Source of the DNA: Clostridiaceae bacterium
Lineage (GTDB): Bacteria; Bacillota; Clostridia; Acetivibrionales; DUMC01
NCBI GenBank assembly: GCA_012512865.1
Contig: JAAZDH010000317.1
Span: 1-39,212 of the forward strand
Direction: 5' to 3'
DNA: 39,212 bases
In this document: piece after piece, positions 1-8,462 of the stretch
Position numbering within the stretch: position 1 is the first letter of the stretch
Layout of the letters: every line of letters begins with the position of its first letter
Program-made: the position numbers and the translations under genes
Notes under the pieces: model-generated
Databases searched by the model: none
What the model saw: the letters and a program-made list of their open reading frames with translations, nothing else
What the model was told of the DNA's origin: nothing

Positions 1-60
1 AAAGAAGGCTTGGCATTTGAGATTTGTGTGCCGGTTTATGCAAAAAGGATTATGGCTTAG
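1..60 (+). CDS. 3' end of a CDS running in from upstream (19 codons, stop TAG 58-60), unidentified
   Basis: Frame is open from position 1 to TAG 58-60. A strong hairpin terminator follows 10 nt downstream. Too short to name. Confidence 0.3.
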   Translation, partial: KEGLAFEICVPVYAKRIMA

Positions 61-70
61 GTGGATACCA

Positions 71-108
71 GTGCCGGTTCCTTGATATGCGAAACCGGCA
101 CAATGTTT
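71..108 (+). terminator. Rho-independent terminator
   Basis: 9-bp stem GTGCCGGTT (71-79) / AACCGGCAC (93-101) followed by AATGTTTTCC. Confidence 0.6.
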
Positions 109-210
109 TCCAGGGTCGATATGTGGTGCGGGAAATAAGGCATTAAGATAAACAAAAAGATGAGGACTTCATGACAAGGTGGTATAATACCGGCGAAGCA
201 TGGTAGGATT

Positions 211-275
211 ATGCAATACCAATATAAATAATATAAAATATGCGGTAACAATATAATTCATGCAATACCAATATA
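211..275. repeat. 16-nt perfect direct repeat ATGCAATACCAATATA (211-226 and 260-275)
   Basis: Read directly from the sequence. Copies are 49 nt apart in an AT-rich spacer. Confidence 0.9.
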
Positions 276-302
276 TAATAATAAGATGGTATAATATCAT
301 GT

Positions 303-357
303 AGAAATATTGAAATAGAAATATTGAAGCAGAAATATTGAAAGCGGAAATACTTGA
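303..357. repeat. Four tandem copies of a 14-15 nt unit AGAAATATTGAA(nn)
   Basis: AGAAATATTGAA at 303-314, 317-328 and 331-342, plus a degenerate GGAAATACTTGA at 346-357. The array sits just upstream of the last TATAAT before the mannosidase gene. Confidence 0.85.
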
Positions 358-367
358 GGGGTATAAT
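358..367 (+). promoter_or_regulatory. Candidate -10 element (GGGGTATAAT) for the GH38 gene
   Basis: TATAAT at 362-367, about 60 nt upstream of ATG 426. Two further TGGTATAAT extended -10-like boxes lie at 180-188 and 287-295. No good -35 element was seen. Confidence 0.35.
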
Positions 368-425
368 CATGACGGGATATGACCGCGGCGTTAAGGAAAA
401 GAACATTAAAAAAGGGGAGAATCAA

Positions 426-3065
426 ATGGAAAAAATATATGAAATACATATGGTTGGCAATGCACATATAGACCCTGTATGGTTGTGGCGCTGGCAGGAG
501 GGATTTGCCGAAATCAAGGCCACGTTCCGCTCAGCCCTTGACAGGATGGAGGAGATCCCGGATTTTGTTTTCACCTCGGCTTGCGCTTCCTATTACAAGT
601 GGGTGGAAGAAAACGAACCGGGGATGTTCGAGGAAATAAGAAAGAGGGTAAAGGAAGGAAGGTGGGTAATAGCCGGGGGGTGGTGGATACAGCCTGACTG
701 CAATATACCCTCGGGAGAATCTTTCGTACGTCATGGCCTGTATAGCCAAAGGTATTTTTATGAAAAGTTCGGGATCATATGTAAGGTTGGTTATAACGTG
801 GATTCGTTCGGGCATAACGGGATGCTTCCGCAGATACTTAAAAAGAGCGGCATGGATTATTATGTATTCAGCCGGCCGGGCCTCGGGGAGATGGAAATCC
901 CCAAGCATTTGTTCTGGTGGGAAGGAGTGGACGGGAGCAGGGTATTTGCTTTTAGGATTCCCTATAGTTATAGCAGCGGTTGGCCTGGTGCTGACAACCC
1001 CTTGAGGGAAAAGAACCTGTACGTTTTGAAGCTTGCCAGGGAACAAGGCACGGACATGATGGATTTTTACGGGGTTGGAAACCATGGCGGCGGCCCGACA
1101 ATTGCGAACATAAGGACGATCCTGGAACTGCAAGCTGAATATAAGGAGAAGCTGAAGGATAAGCTGGATGGAAAGCAGGAGGAAAAACGGGAAGGAGGGC
1201 CGGAGGAAGAGCAGGAAATAGGGCAGGAGGAGAAGCAGGAAAAAAGCAGCGAAGAAAACGGGAAAGAAAAGCTTGATATAAATGCGCGCTTGATATTCAG
1301 CTCGCCCGACAGGTATTTCGAGCAAGTATCGAAGAAGCCCGAAGCATTGGCGGCGCCGGTTGTCAAGGGAGACCTACAGCATCATGCCAGGGGATGTTAT
1401 TCCGCCCACTCTGAAACCAAGATGTTAAACAGGAAAGCGGAACACAGGCTTCTTTGCGCGGAAAAATTTGCTTCAATTGCACACCGGCTGGCAGGACTTG
1501 AATACCCCGGCAAAGAGATAAAAAGGGCATGGGAAAACGTGCTGTTCAACCAGTTCCATGATATCATGGGCGGATGCAGTATAAGGGAAGCCTATGATGA
1601 TTCCAGGGAATCTTACGGTGAAGCCTTGAATATTGGGGCTCGCATCTTGAATGCGGCACTGCAGAAAATATCCTGGGCGGTTGACACGACAAAGGGCCGG
1701 GGGAGAAAGAGAAGCAAGGAGAATGATTCATACCTCTGGGGTGATGACAATACGGGCACCCCTGTGGTAGTTTTCAATCCCCTTTCATGGGAGGTCAAGG
1801 TCCCCGTGCAGGTTAACAGGCTGGTAAGGGCTGTCACCGATGATGAGGACAAGCCTGTATTAATTCAAAAGGTACGAGGTTCCCAGTCGAACAGGCATGA
1901 CATTTGGAATACCATTTTCCAGGCAGTGATTCCGCCCATGGGATACAGGCTGTACTGGATTTATAAGAACAAGGAGCTTGAGCAGCCTGAACCGGCTGGT
2001 TCCATGCTGATTGATGGTGAAAAATTTGCCCTTGAGAACGATTTTATAAGGCTCGAGTTAGAGCAGCATACAGGCTATATACTAAGGCTTTATGATAAAA
2101 TAAACGAGGTAGAAGTTCTAAACGGGAAAGGAGCCGTACCTGTTGTTATTGACATAAACCACTGCGATACCTGGGCCCATGGCATAGCGGAATTCAGGGA
2201 TGAGCTCGGGAAATTCGAGGATGCGAAGGTGAGTATTATCGAGGAAGGCCCGATACGGGCGAAGCTAAGGGTGACAAGCCGGTACAATGATTCATGCCTA
2301 AGGCAGGATTTCATAATCTACCATGACAAGCCCGATATCGAGGTGCATGTGCAGCTTGATTGGCGCGAAAAGCATAAAATGCTGAAACTCTCGTTTCCTG
2401 TGAATGTAGAAAATCCTGCGGCCGTTTATGAAATACCCTACGGCTTTATTAACAGGCCTGTAAACGGGGAAGAAGAAACAGGACAACAATGGATTGATTT
2501 AAGCGGCAAGGAAATATCCAAGGGGATGGAATACGGATTAGCCCTGCTTAATGACGGCAAGTACAGTTTTGACGTGCTTGAAAACGAGATGAGGATGACA
2601 ATTGCAAACAGCTCGGCTTACGCAGACCATTACAGCGCCCGTTCCAATACAAGGGACGCTCTCATGGAGTACATTGACCAAGGGATACAGGAATTCAAGT
2701 ACATGCTGGTACCCCATGCAGGAAGCTGGAAGGATGCGGGTGTAGTGAGGAAGGCCTGTGAGTTGAACGTGCGGCCCCAGGCGGTAATCGAGACGTACCA
2801 TGAAGGATCGCTGCCCCCGAAATTCCAGGGAATCGAAATCTGCCCCGACAATATCATTGCCACCGTGTTCAAGAGGGCGGAAGACGGGGCAGGTTTCATC
2901 CTTCGCTGCTATGAAACAGCGGGCAGGGAAACCTCGGCCGAAATGGAGATACCCATGCTTAATAGAAAGTGGAAAGCCTCTTTTGCCAGGTGTGAAATAA
3001 AAACTTTCTTTATACCGGATAATCCCGATGATTTAGTAGCGGAAAAAAATTTAATTGAGATGTGA
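426..3065 (+). CDS. Glycoside hydrolase family 38 alpha-mannosidase
   Basis: N-terminus MEKIYEIHMVGNAHIDPVWLWRWQEG... is the hallmark GH38 start, and the length is right for the family. SD AAAGGGGAGA lies upstream of ATG 426, so the ORF-track start 354 (TTG) is probably too early. Contains an unusual E/K-rich insert (nt about 1135-1275). Confidence 0.9.
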   Translation: MEKIYEIHMVGNAHIDPVWLWRWQEGFAEIKATFRSALDRMEEIPDFVFTSACASYYKWVEENEPGMFEEIRKRVKEGRWVIAGGWWIQPDCNIPSGESFVRHGLYSQRYFYEKFGIICKVGYNVDSFGHNGMLPQILKKSGMDYYVFSRPGLGEMEIPKHLFWWEGVDGSRVFAFRIPYSYSSGWPGADNPLREKNLYVLKLAREQGTDMMDFYGVGNHGGGPTIANIRTILELQAEYKEKLKDKLDGKQEEKREGGPEEEQEIGQEEKQEKSSEENGKEKLDINARLIFSSPDRYFEQVSKKPEALAAPVVKGDLQHHARGCYSAHSETKMLNRKAEHRLLCAEKFASIAHRLAGLEYPGKEIKRAWENVLFNQFHDIMGGCSIREAYDDSRESYGEALNIGARILNAALQKISWAVDTTKGRGRKRSKENDSYLWGDDNTGTPVVVFNPLSWEVKVPVQVNRLVRAVTDDEDKPVLIQKVRGSQSNRHDIWNTIFQAVIPPMGYRLYWIYKNKELEQPEPAGSMLIDGEKFALENDFIRLELEQHTGYILRLYDKINEVEVLNGKGAVPVVIDINHCDTWAHGIAEFRDELGKFEDAKVSIIEEGPIRAKLRVTSRYNDSCLRQDFIIYHDKPDIEVHVQLDWREKHKMLKLSFPVNVENPAAVYEIPYGFINRPVNGEEETGQQWIDLSGKEISKGMEYGLALLNDGKYSFDVLENEMRMTIANSSAYADHYSARSNTRDALMEYIDQGIQEFKYMLVPHAGSWKDAGVVRKACELNVRPQAVIETYHEGSLPPKFQGIEICPDNIIATVFKRAEDGAGFILRCYETAGRETSAEMEIPMLNRKWKASFARCEIKTFFIPDNPDDLVAEKNLIEM

Positions 3066-3070
3066 GAAAA

Positions 3071-5203
3071 ATGGAAACCTTAAGCGGAGTGGTGGAAAGA
3101 ATTACTTTTTGCAACGAGGAAAATGGTTTTACGGTTATTAAAGTTAAATCAAAGGGCTTCTCGGAACTGGTAACCGTCGTGGGAAACCTTGCTGCCGTCA
3201 ATGTTGGCGCAACGGTAAAGGTTAGGGGGGAATGGAAGGTCGACAGCAAGTACGGAAGGCAGTTTAATGCCGTTGAATACTACGAAACCGTCCCGGCGAC
3301 GGTGGCAGGCATTGAAAAATACCTTGGCAGCGGCCTGATTAAAGGTATTGGGCCGGTATACTCGAAGAAGATAGTCAGGAAGTTCAAGGAAGATACCATA
3401 AGAATTATCGAGGAGGAGCCTGATAGACTCTCCGAGGTGGAGGGAATCGGTCCGAAAAGGCTTGAAATGATTAAAAATGCATGGCAGGAGCAAAAAGAAA
3501 TTAAAAATGTCATGCTTTTTCTCCAAGGCAACGGGGTTTCAACCGCCTACGCCGTCAAGATTTACAAGGCCTATGGCAATGAAAGCATCAGCGTTGTAAA
3601 ATCCAACCCTTACAAGCTGGCAGATGACATATGGGGAATAGGGTTCAAAACCGCTGATAAAATCGCCAGGCACCTTGGCTATGACAAGAATTCCTTTGAG
3701 AGATGCCGCTCGGGCATACTGTATGTTTTAAACGAACTTGTGAACGAAGGCCATTGTTACGCGGGAAAAACACAGCTCATTGAGGAAGCCGGGAAAATGC
3801 TGGAAATAGATAGGGACTTAATCGATTCCACCATTTGCCGCATGATTGACCAGGGAGCGGTGATAGCTGATGTGGGAGACTCCATTTACCTTCCGCCTTT
3901 TTATTACAGCGAGGTGGGTGTTGCAAGAAGGATAAAGGAAATACTGTCGGTGAAAAGCTTTTATAATTCCTTCAGCCTCGACAGGGTATTGGAGCAGGTC
4001 CAGCGTGAATGCCGGGTGAAATATGATGATGTACAGCTGGAAGCTATAAAAACGGCGGCAAAATCGAAGTTCATGGTCCTGACCGGCGGGCCCGGCACGG
4101 GAAAGACCACCACGACCCTTGGCATAATCAGGGTATTCCAAAAAATTAGCGCAAAAGTCCTGCTTGCAGCTCCAACCGGCAGGGCCGCAAAAAGGTTGTC
4201 CGAGACCACGGGAATGGAGGCGAAAACAATTCACCGCCTCCTTGAGTACAAGCCGCCCGACGGCTATAAGAAGAACGAGGATAATCCCCTGGACTGCGAT
4301 GTTGTTATTATCGACGAAACCTCCATGGTTGACATAATTCTCATGTATAATCTCCTCAAGGCTGTTCCCGACCATGCGATCGTAATACTGGTGGGAGACG
4401 CGGACCAGCTTCCTTCCGTGGGGGCGGGCAACATATTGAAAGATACTATAGAGTCAGGGATTGTCAGCGTCATACGCCTTACCAGGATATTCAGGCAAGC
4501 CCTGGACAGTACAATCATAACCAATGCCCACAAGATAAACAATGGCCAGTTCCCGGCGCTCAAGGGGAGAAAGAAGGACGACTTCTTCTTTATCGAGGAG
4601 GAAGAACCTGAAAAAATAGTCGAAATAATAAAAGGGCTTTGCACAAGCAGGCTTCCCTCGTATTACAAGGTTGACCCGGTAAGGGACATACAGGTGTTAA
4701 GCCCGATGCAGAGGGGGGAAATAGGCACCTCCAACTTGAACCTCGCACTGCAGGAAGCACTGAACCCTTCCGATGTATGCATAAAGTACGGCGGGACAAT
4801 TTACAAGCTAAAGGACAAAGTCATGCAGGTAAAAAACAACTACGAGAAAAATGTCTTTAACGGTGATATCGGCATTATCACCCGCATAGACCAGGAGGAT
4901 AAGGTGGTTACCATTTCGTTCGATGAGAATGAAGTTGAATACGATGTAACGGAGCTTGACGAGGTTGTGCTGGCCTATGCAACAACCATACATAAAAGCC
5001 AGGGAAGCGAGTTCGATATTGTGGTTGCACCCATTGCAACACAGCACTACATAATGCTGAAGAGGAACCTGCTTTATACTTGTGTGACAAGGGCAAAAAG
5101 GGCGATTGTCCTGGTAGGGACAAAAAAGGCCATAGCAATAGCAGTGTCAAATAACAAGACACAGAAGCGAAACACCATGCTGGCAGAAAGGCTCAGGGTA
5201 TAA
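3071..5203 (+). CDS. recD2: RecD2-type SF1 ATP-dependent DNA helicase
   Basis: Walker A VLTGGPGTGKTT, DEAD-like VIIDETSMV, and C-terminal motifs TIHKSQGSEF and YTCVTRAK. The N-terminal OB-like region ETLSGVVERITFCNEENGF is typical of RecD2. Start is ATG 3071 or GTG 3062, the latter overlapping the GH38 stop. Confidence 0.9.
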   Translation: METLSGVVERITFCNEENGFTVIKVKSKGFSELVTVVGNLAAVNVGATVKVRGEWKVDSKYGRQFNAVEYYETVPATVAGIEKYLGSGLIKGIGPVYSKKIVRKFKEDTIRIIEEEPDRLSEVEGIGPKRLEMIKNAWQEQKEIKNVMLFLQGNGVSTAYAVKIYKAYGNESISVVKSNPYKLADDIWGIGFKTADKIARHLGYDKNSFERCRSGILYVLNELVNEGHCYAGKTQLIEEAGKMLEIDRDLIDSTICRMIDQGAVIADVGDSIYLPPFYYSEVGVARRIKEILSVKSFYNSFSLDRVLEQVQRECRVKYDDVQLEAIKTAAKSKFMVLTGGPGTGKTTTTLGIIRVFQKISAKVLLAAPTGRAAKRLSETTGMEAKTIHRLLEYKPPDGYKKNEDNPLDCDVVIIDETSMVDIILMYNLLKAVPDHAIVILVGDADQLPSVGAGNILKDTIESGIVSVIRLTRIFRQALDSTIITNAHKINNGQFPALKGRKKDDFFFIEEEEPEKIVEIIKGLCTSRLPSYYKVDPVRDIQVLSPMQRGEIGTSNLNLALQEALNPSDVCIKYGGTIYKLKDKVMQVKNNYEKNVFNGDIGIITRIDQEDKVVTISFDENEVEYDVTELDEVVLAYATTIHKSQGSEFDIVVAPIATQHYIMLKRNLLYTCVTRAKRAIVLVGTKKAIAIAVSNNKTQKRNTMLAERLRV

Positions 5204-5230
5204 AGGGAGTAATAAAAGGGATTAATAGCA

Positions 5231-5932
5231 TCAACTTGCCCTTTGCAAGCTGATTTGCTCTGCCTGGATTTTTACTTCAATATATTCAATATCTTCCGGC
5301 TGTGCAGGGGAAATAGATATTTCAAAGCTGGTCCATTGGCCGGGCATAAGCTTGTTTTGGAAAGACATATCGCTGCTTTTAAGGGATTTTTCCCAGTCTT
5401 CCTTGGTTATTGATTTATCCTGATCATCGTACTTTTTCCCCCATCTAAGTTTTGCGGTAAAGCCGTTATAAACACAAGTCTGTGGATTTCCCAGCCTGAA
5501 GTACAACTTGTAACCGTCTGAAACCTGCTCCACCTTGTCCAGCACCAGGAAAAACATGCCGGCTGCAGAATCAACCCTTGCAAACCCTTTACCCGAGTCC
5601 GACGCGTTAAATACTGCCTTGCTGTATTGGTCCAATTTCAAATTGGCTATCGCAATATTTGTCAGTATTTTCATTTTTAACTCGTCGAAGCTTTCGAGCT
5701 GGGAAACCACTTTTTCGTTGTCTTCCTTGAATTTACTGACGCTGCTGATATCTGAAGACAGGGAATCCAGTTTTTCTTCAAGCCTTGCAATCCTTGATGA
5801 CAGGGAATGGTGGCTGTACAAGGTAAAGACAAACGTGAAAACCAGGAGTCCGGCCAAAACCAGGCGGGATATCCTCCTTATGACCTGTTCGTGGTTGATG
5901 ATCAGGGTTAATATTTTCTCTAGCAGTTCCAT
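5231..5932 (-). CDS. Hypothetical membrane-anchored coiled-coil protein
   Basis: Good SD (GAGGGTGTGAT) before ATG 5932. One N-terminal TM segment (LVLAGLLVFTFVFTLY), then heptad-like LEEKLDSLSSDIS..., then a beta-rich C-terminal domain. No family recognised. Confidence 0.6.
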   Translation of the reverse strand: MELLEKILTLIINHEQVIRRISRLVLAGLLVFTFVFTLYSHHSLSSRIARLEEKLDSLSSDISSVSKFKEDNEKVVSQLESFDELKMKILTNIAIANLKLDQYSKAVFNASDSGKGFARVDSAAGMFFLVLDKVEQVSDGYKLYFRLGNPQTCVYNGFTAKLRWGKKYDDQDKSITKEDWEKSLKSSDMSFQNKLMPGQWTSFEISISPAQPEDIEYIEVKIQAEQISLQRAS

Positions 5933-6180
5933 TGTTTATCACACCCTCACAATATACTTTTGTATATTTGTATGCTGCGTTTTTGCATTTTTCACTTTTC
6001 ACATCATGCCCTGCACGATGCTCTTGCAAAATGCCCGCGTAATACAATTGTCTTGCATAATGCAATACCTTTTTACGGTATCATTTGTATATTACTATTG
6101 TATAATTAACATGTGGTATTACGCAAATCTTTTTTCAGGAAATAAGTTTTTATATCATGGTATTCTATGAAATCATCTTT

Positions 6181-6570
6181 TCAGGCGGACTGCCGGGGCG
6201 CAAACAGCTTGTCCTTGTATTTGTCAAGCTGCAACATCAACAGGTAACCAAGCCCGTAGCAGGAAACCACCTGGCCCAATGCGATCCACCCCATGGCAAC
6301 AGGAAATGAAACATTAAGAATATAACTAAAGACGCATCCTAGTATCAAGGCATTGACTACAACGGGAGGAAGGGGGACAAGATAACGTTTCGGCATTTTA
6401 TAAGATAAAAAAGATGCTGCCAGGCTGGCAAGGCTTCCAAAAATGATGTCCAGCAGACCATTGCCCCCGATGATGTTTGCTATAAGGCAGCCTGCAAAAA
6501 GACCCGGAATTGCCGCGGGCGTATATGCCGGGAGCCCTGTCAAGGCTTCCGATATCCTGACTTGGAACAA
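6181..6570 (-). CDS. queT: QueT-family queuosine-precursor transporter with an ambiguous or disrupted 5' end
   Basis: PAYTPAAIPGLFAGCLIANIIGG...VPLPPVVVNALILG is QueT-like. The frame stays open 33 codons upstream of TTG 6570 (KKSLRFLTEAAVISAVYALLTLLFAPISYG, a further TM helix) without any ATG/GTG/TTG. See the finding on the A9 tract. Confidence 0.75.
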   Translation of the reverse strand: MFQVRISEALTGLPAYTPAAIPGLFAGCLIANIIGGNGLLDIIFGSLASLAASFLSYKMPKRYLVPLPPVVVNALILGCVFSYILNVSFPVAMGWIALGQVVSCYGLGYLLMLQLDKYKDKLFAPRQSA

Positions 6571-6775
6571 CCCGTAACTTATAGGAGCGAATAAGAGCGT
6601 CAGTAAAGCATAAACTGCCGAAATTACCGCAGCCTCTGTTAAAAATCGTAAACTTTTTTTTTGTTCTTATTGCTTTTTCTTTTGGGAAAAAACATGTAAA
6701 ACATATTAAAACCCTTTAAATCCTTTCCATCTTAAGTCCTTGGTCCATTCCTTGCATATATTTGCTGTGCTTCTT

Positions 6776-6804
6776 ATAATAGCATGAGTTGCTTTGTTTT
6801 TCAA
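6776..6804 (-). promoter_or_regulatory. Candidate sigma-A promoter for queT (TTGAAA-17-TATTAT)
   Basis: On the minus strand, the -35 TTGAAA is at fwd 6799-6804 and the -10 TATTAT at fwd 6776-6781, with a 17-nt spacer. Confidence 0.45.
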
Positions 6805-6825
6805 GGTTCAGATGAATTTTATGTT

Positions 6826-6854
6826 TTGCAAAGAGCCTGCAAGGATGTTATAAT
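6826..6854 (+). promoter_or_regulatory. Candidate sigma-A promoter for the DUF362 gene (TTGCAA-17-TATAAT, TG-extended)
   Basis: TTGCAA at 6826-6831, 17-nt spacer ending in TGT, TATAAT at 6849-6854. Confidence 0.5.
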
Positions 6855-7024
6855 ATGGTCGCTGACATAAAGTGCGTTAAAACAGCTTTTCGACTGGAGC
6901 AATCGTGATGCAGCCTTGATATCGTGGTATAAAACCATGACATAATTGAAATATAATTAAACATAATTGAACATGATCAAGACATAACAACATTTACGAA
7001 TTACGTGTAGAAAGGAATTATTTT

Positions 7025-8179
7025 ATGGATGAAAAAACGAGGGACGAAAAAATTAGGGTTGATGAAACAGTTGGCAGGTCAGTTTACAAGCCAAGCAACA
7101 AGTCAAGGGTTGCAGTGCTGAAAACAAGGCCTGAAACTGTTGTGGAAGACTACAAGAATCTTATGAGGATGGTGGGGTACGATAAATTTTTGAAGAAGGG
7201 GAAAACCACCATCTTGAAAAACAATATATCCTGGCATTTTCCCTACCCAGGGGCCAATACCACCCCCTGGCAAATGGAAGCTGTTATCCAGTGCCTGAAG
7301 GAAGACGGCTACGAGGACATTGTGTGCGTGGAAAACAAGACGGTGGTGACAAATGCATACAAGGGAGAAAAGCTGAATAAATATGTGAATATATTTAAAA
7401 AATACAGGATTCCCGTTTTGTACAACTTTAGGAAAGAAGACATGAAATGGGTAAAGTATGAACCCAAGGGCAAAATGCTCGTACTGGACAAGGTATTTCC
7501 CGGGGGAATATACATCCCCGATTATTTTTTCGATAAAAACATAATCCACCTGCCTACGATGAAGTGCCATATTTATACCACGACGACGGGTGCCATGAAG
7601 AATGCTTTTGGCGGGCTGCTGGATGCAAAAAGGCATTATTGCCACAGCGTAATCCATAAAACCCTGGTGGATTTGCTGCGCATACAGCAAGAGATTCATC
7701 CCGGGATATTTGCCGTTGTTGGTGGTACCGTTGCAGGAAATGGCCCGGGTCCCAGGACGATGACACCTGTGGAGGCCAACTTGATCCTGGCAGGGGGCGA
7801 CCAGGTTGCCGTGGATGCAGTGTCATCAAAAATAATGGGCTTTGACCCGGCAGGGCTGGAATACATCAGTGAAGCCGACAGGGAAGGTTTGGGCAACGGC
7901 AGGCTTGAAAATGTAGAAGTTATAGGGGAGGATATATCCAAAATAAACCTGGGATTTTCAGTAGGGGATAATGCAGCAAGCAAGGTTGGTGACATGCTCT
8001 GGTTCGGGCCCTTGAAAAAGCTCCAGTGGCTCATGTTCCATACCCCCGTTGTCAACGTGTTTATTTTTGGCTCGGCATTGTACCATGATATAATATGGTA
8101 TAATTTACGGGGCAAAAAAGTTGTACGCAATTTCCAGGATAACACGGAGTGGGGGCGGCTTTTTAAATCGTATAATTAG
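7025..8179 (+). CDS. DUF362 domain-containing protein
   Basis: Pattern VAVLKTRPETVVEDYKNLM...ILKNNISW...NTTPW...HLPTMKCHIYTTTTGAMKNAFGGLL...GTVAGNGPGPRTM...ILAGGDQVAVDAV matches DUF362 family proteins as I remember them. SD AAAGGA. Confidence 0.8.
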   Translation: MDEKTRDEKIRVDETVGRSVYKPSNKSRVAVLKTRPETVVEDYKNLMRMVGYDKFLKKGKTTILKNNISWHFPYPGANTTPWQMEAVIQCLKEDGYEDIVCVENKTVVTNAYKGEKLNKYVNIFKKYRIPVLYNFRKEDMKWVKYEPKGKMLVLDKVFPGGIYIPDYFFDKNIIHLPTMKCHIYTTTTGAMKNAFGGLLDAKRHYCHSVIHKTLVDLLRIQQEIHPGIFAVVGGTVAGNGPGPRTMTPVEANLILAGGDQVAVDAVSSKIMGFDPAGLEYISEADREGLGNGRLENVEVIGEDISKINLGFSVGDNAASKVGDMLWFGPLKKLQWLMFHTPVVNVFIFGSALYHDIIWYNLRGKKVVRNFQDNTEWGRLFKSYN

Positions 8180-8462
8180 GCGGGATGCTAATCAGGCAGG
8201 ATTGAGCCTAAACCATACAATTAAGGCAATTAAGCTATACAACCGGGAATTTGCCAGGAAAGTCTTGGTTGTCAGGGCGGTCTGCATGGGAAGCAAACAT
8301 TGACTTCATTATGATTATGAGAGGGAACTTTTTTCCTGTATTCTCGTCTAAGTTAATGAGAATAGAAAAAAGAATTTTAAGATTGTATAAACATAAACAT
8401 CTTAAAAATTGATTGTAAGCTAAATATAAGAAAAAATCTTAGGAAATTTAGGGGGGAGTCAA

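Noticed and set aside
531-1325. 264-aa minus-strand ORF inside the GH38 gene, with similar long antisense ORFs at 12285-12962 and 12466-12984 (glnA), 21240-21950 (leuA), 23335-23913 (cimA), 18586-19041 (ilvB), 7103-7699 (DUF362) and 31076-31675 (trkH)
   Set aside because: All lie fully inside, and antisense to, strongly supported conserved genes. Their translations are low-complexity or biased and match no family. They are typical shadow ORFs.
5535-6170. 211-aa plus-strand ORF
   Set aside because: It overlaps the better-supported minus-strand membrane protein gene, which has a good SD, and runs into an AT-rich promoter region. The composition is Ser/Leu/Phe-rich and looks like noise.
6650-6775. 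preQ1 riboswitch in the queT leader
   Set aside because: QueT genes are commonly preQ1-controlled, and an A-rich tract (AAUAAGAACAAAAAAAAAG) resembles the preQ1-I tail. However, no convincing 5-bp P1 hairpin with the conserved loop precedes it. I leave it to a covariance-model search.
8180-8462. Moderately GC-rich spacer between the DUF362 and SIMPL genes, including the 60-aa ORF 8121-8303 and the small hairpins AGGC/GCCT, CCAGG/CTTGG and ATTCTC/GAGAAT
   Set aside because: I could assign no conserved RNA motif, promoter or terminator. The ORF overlaps the DUF362 3' end and lacks an SD. There is not enough evidence for a feature.
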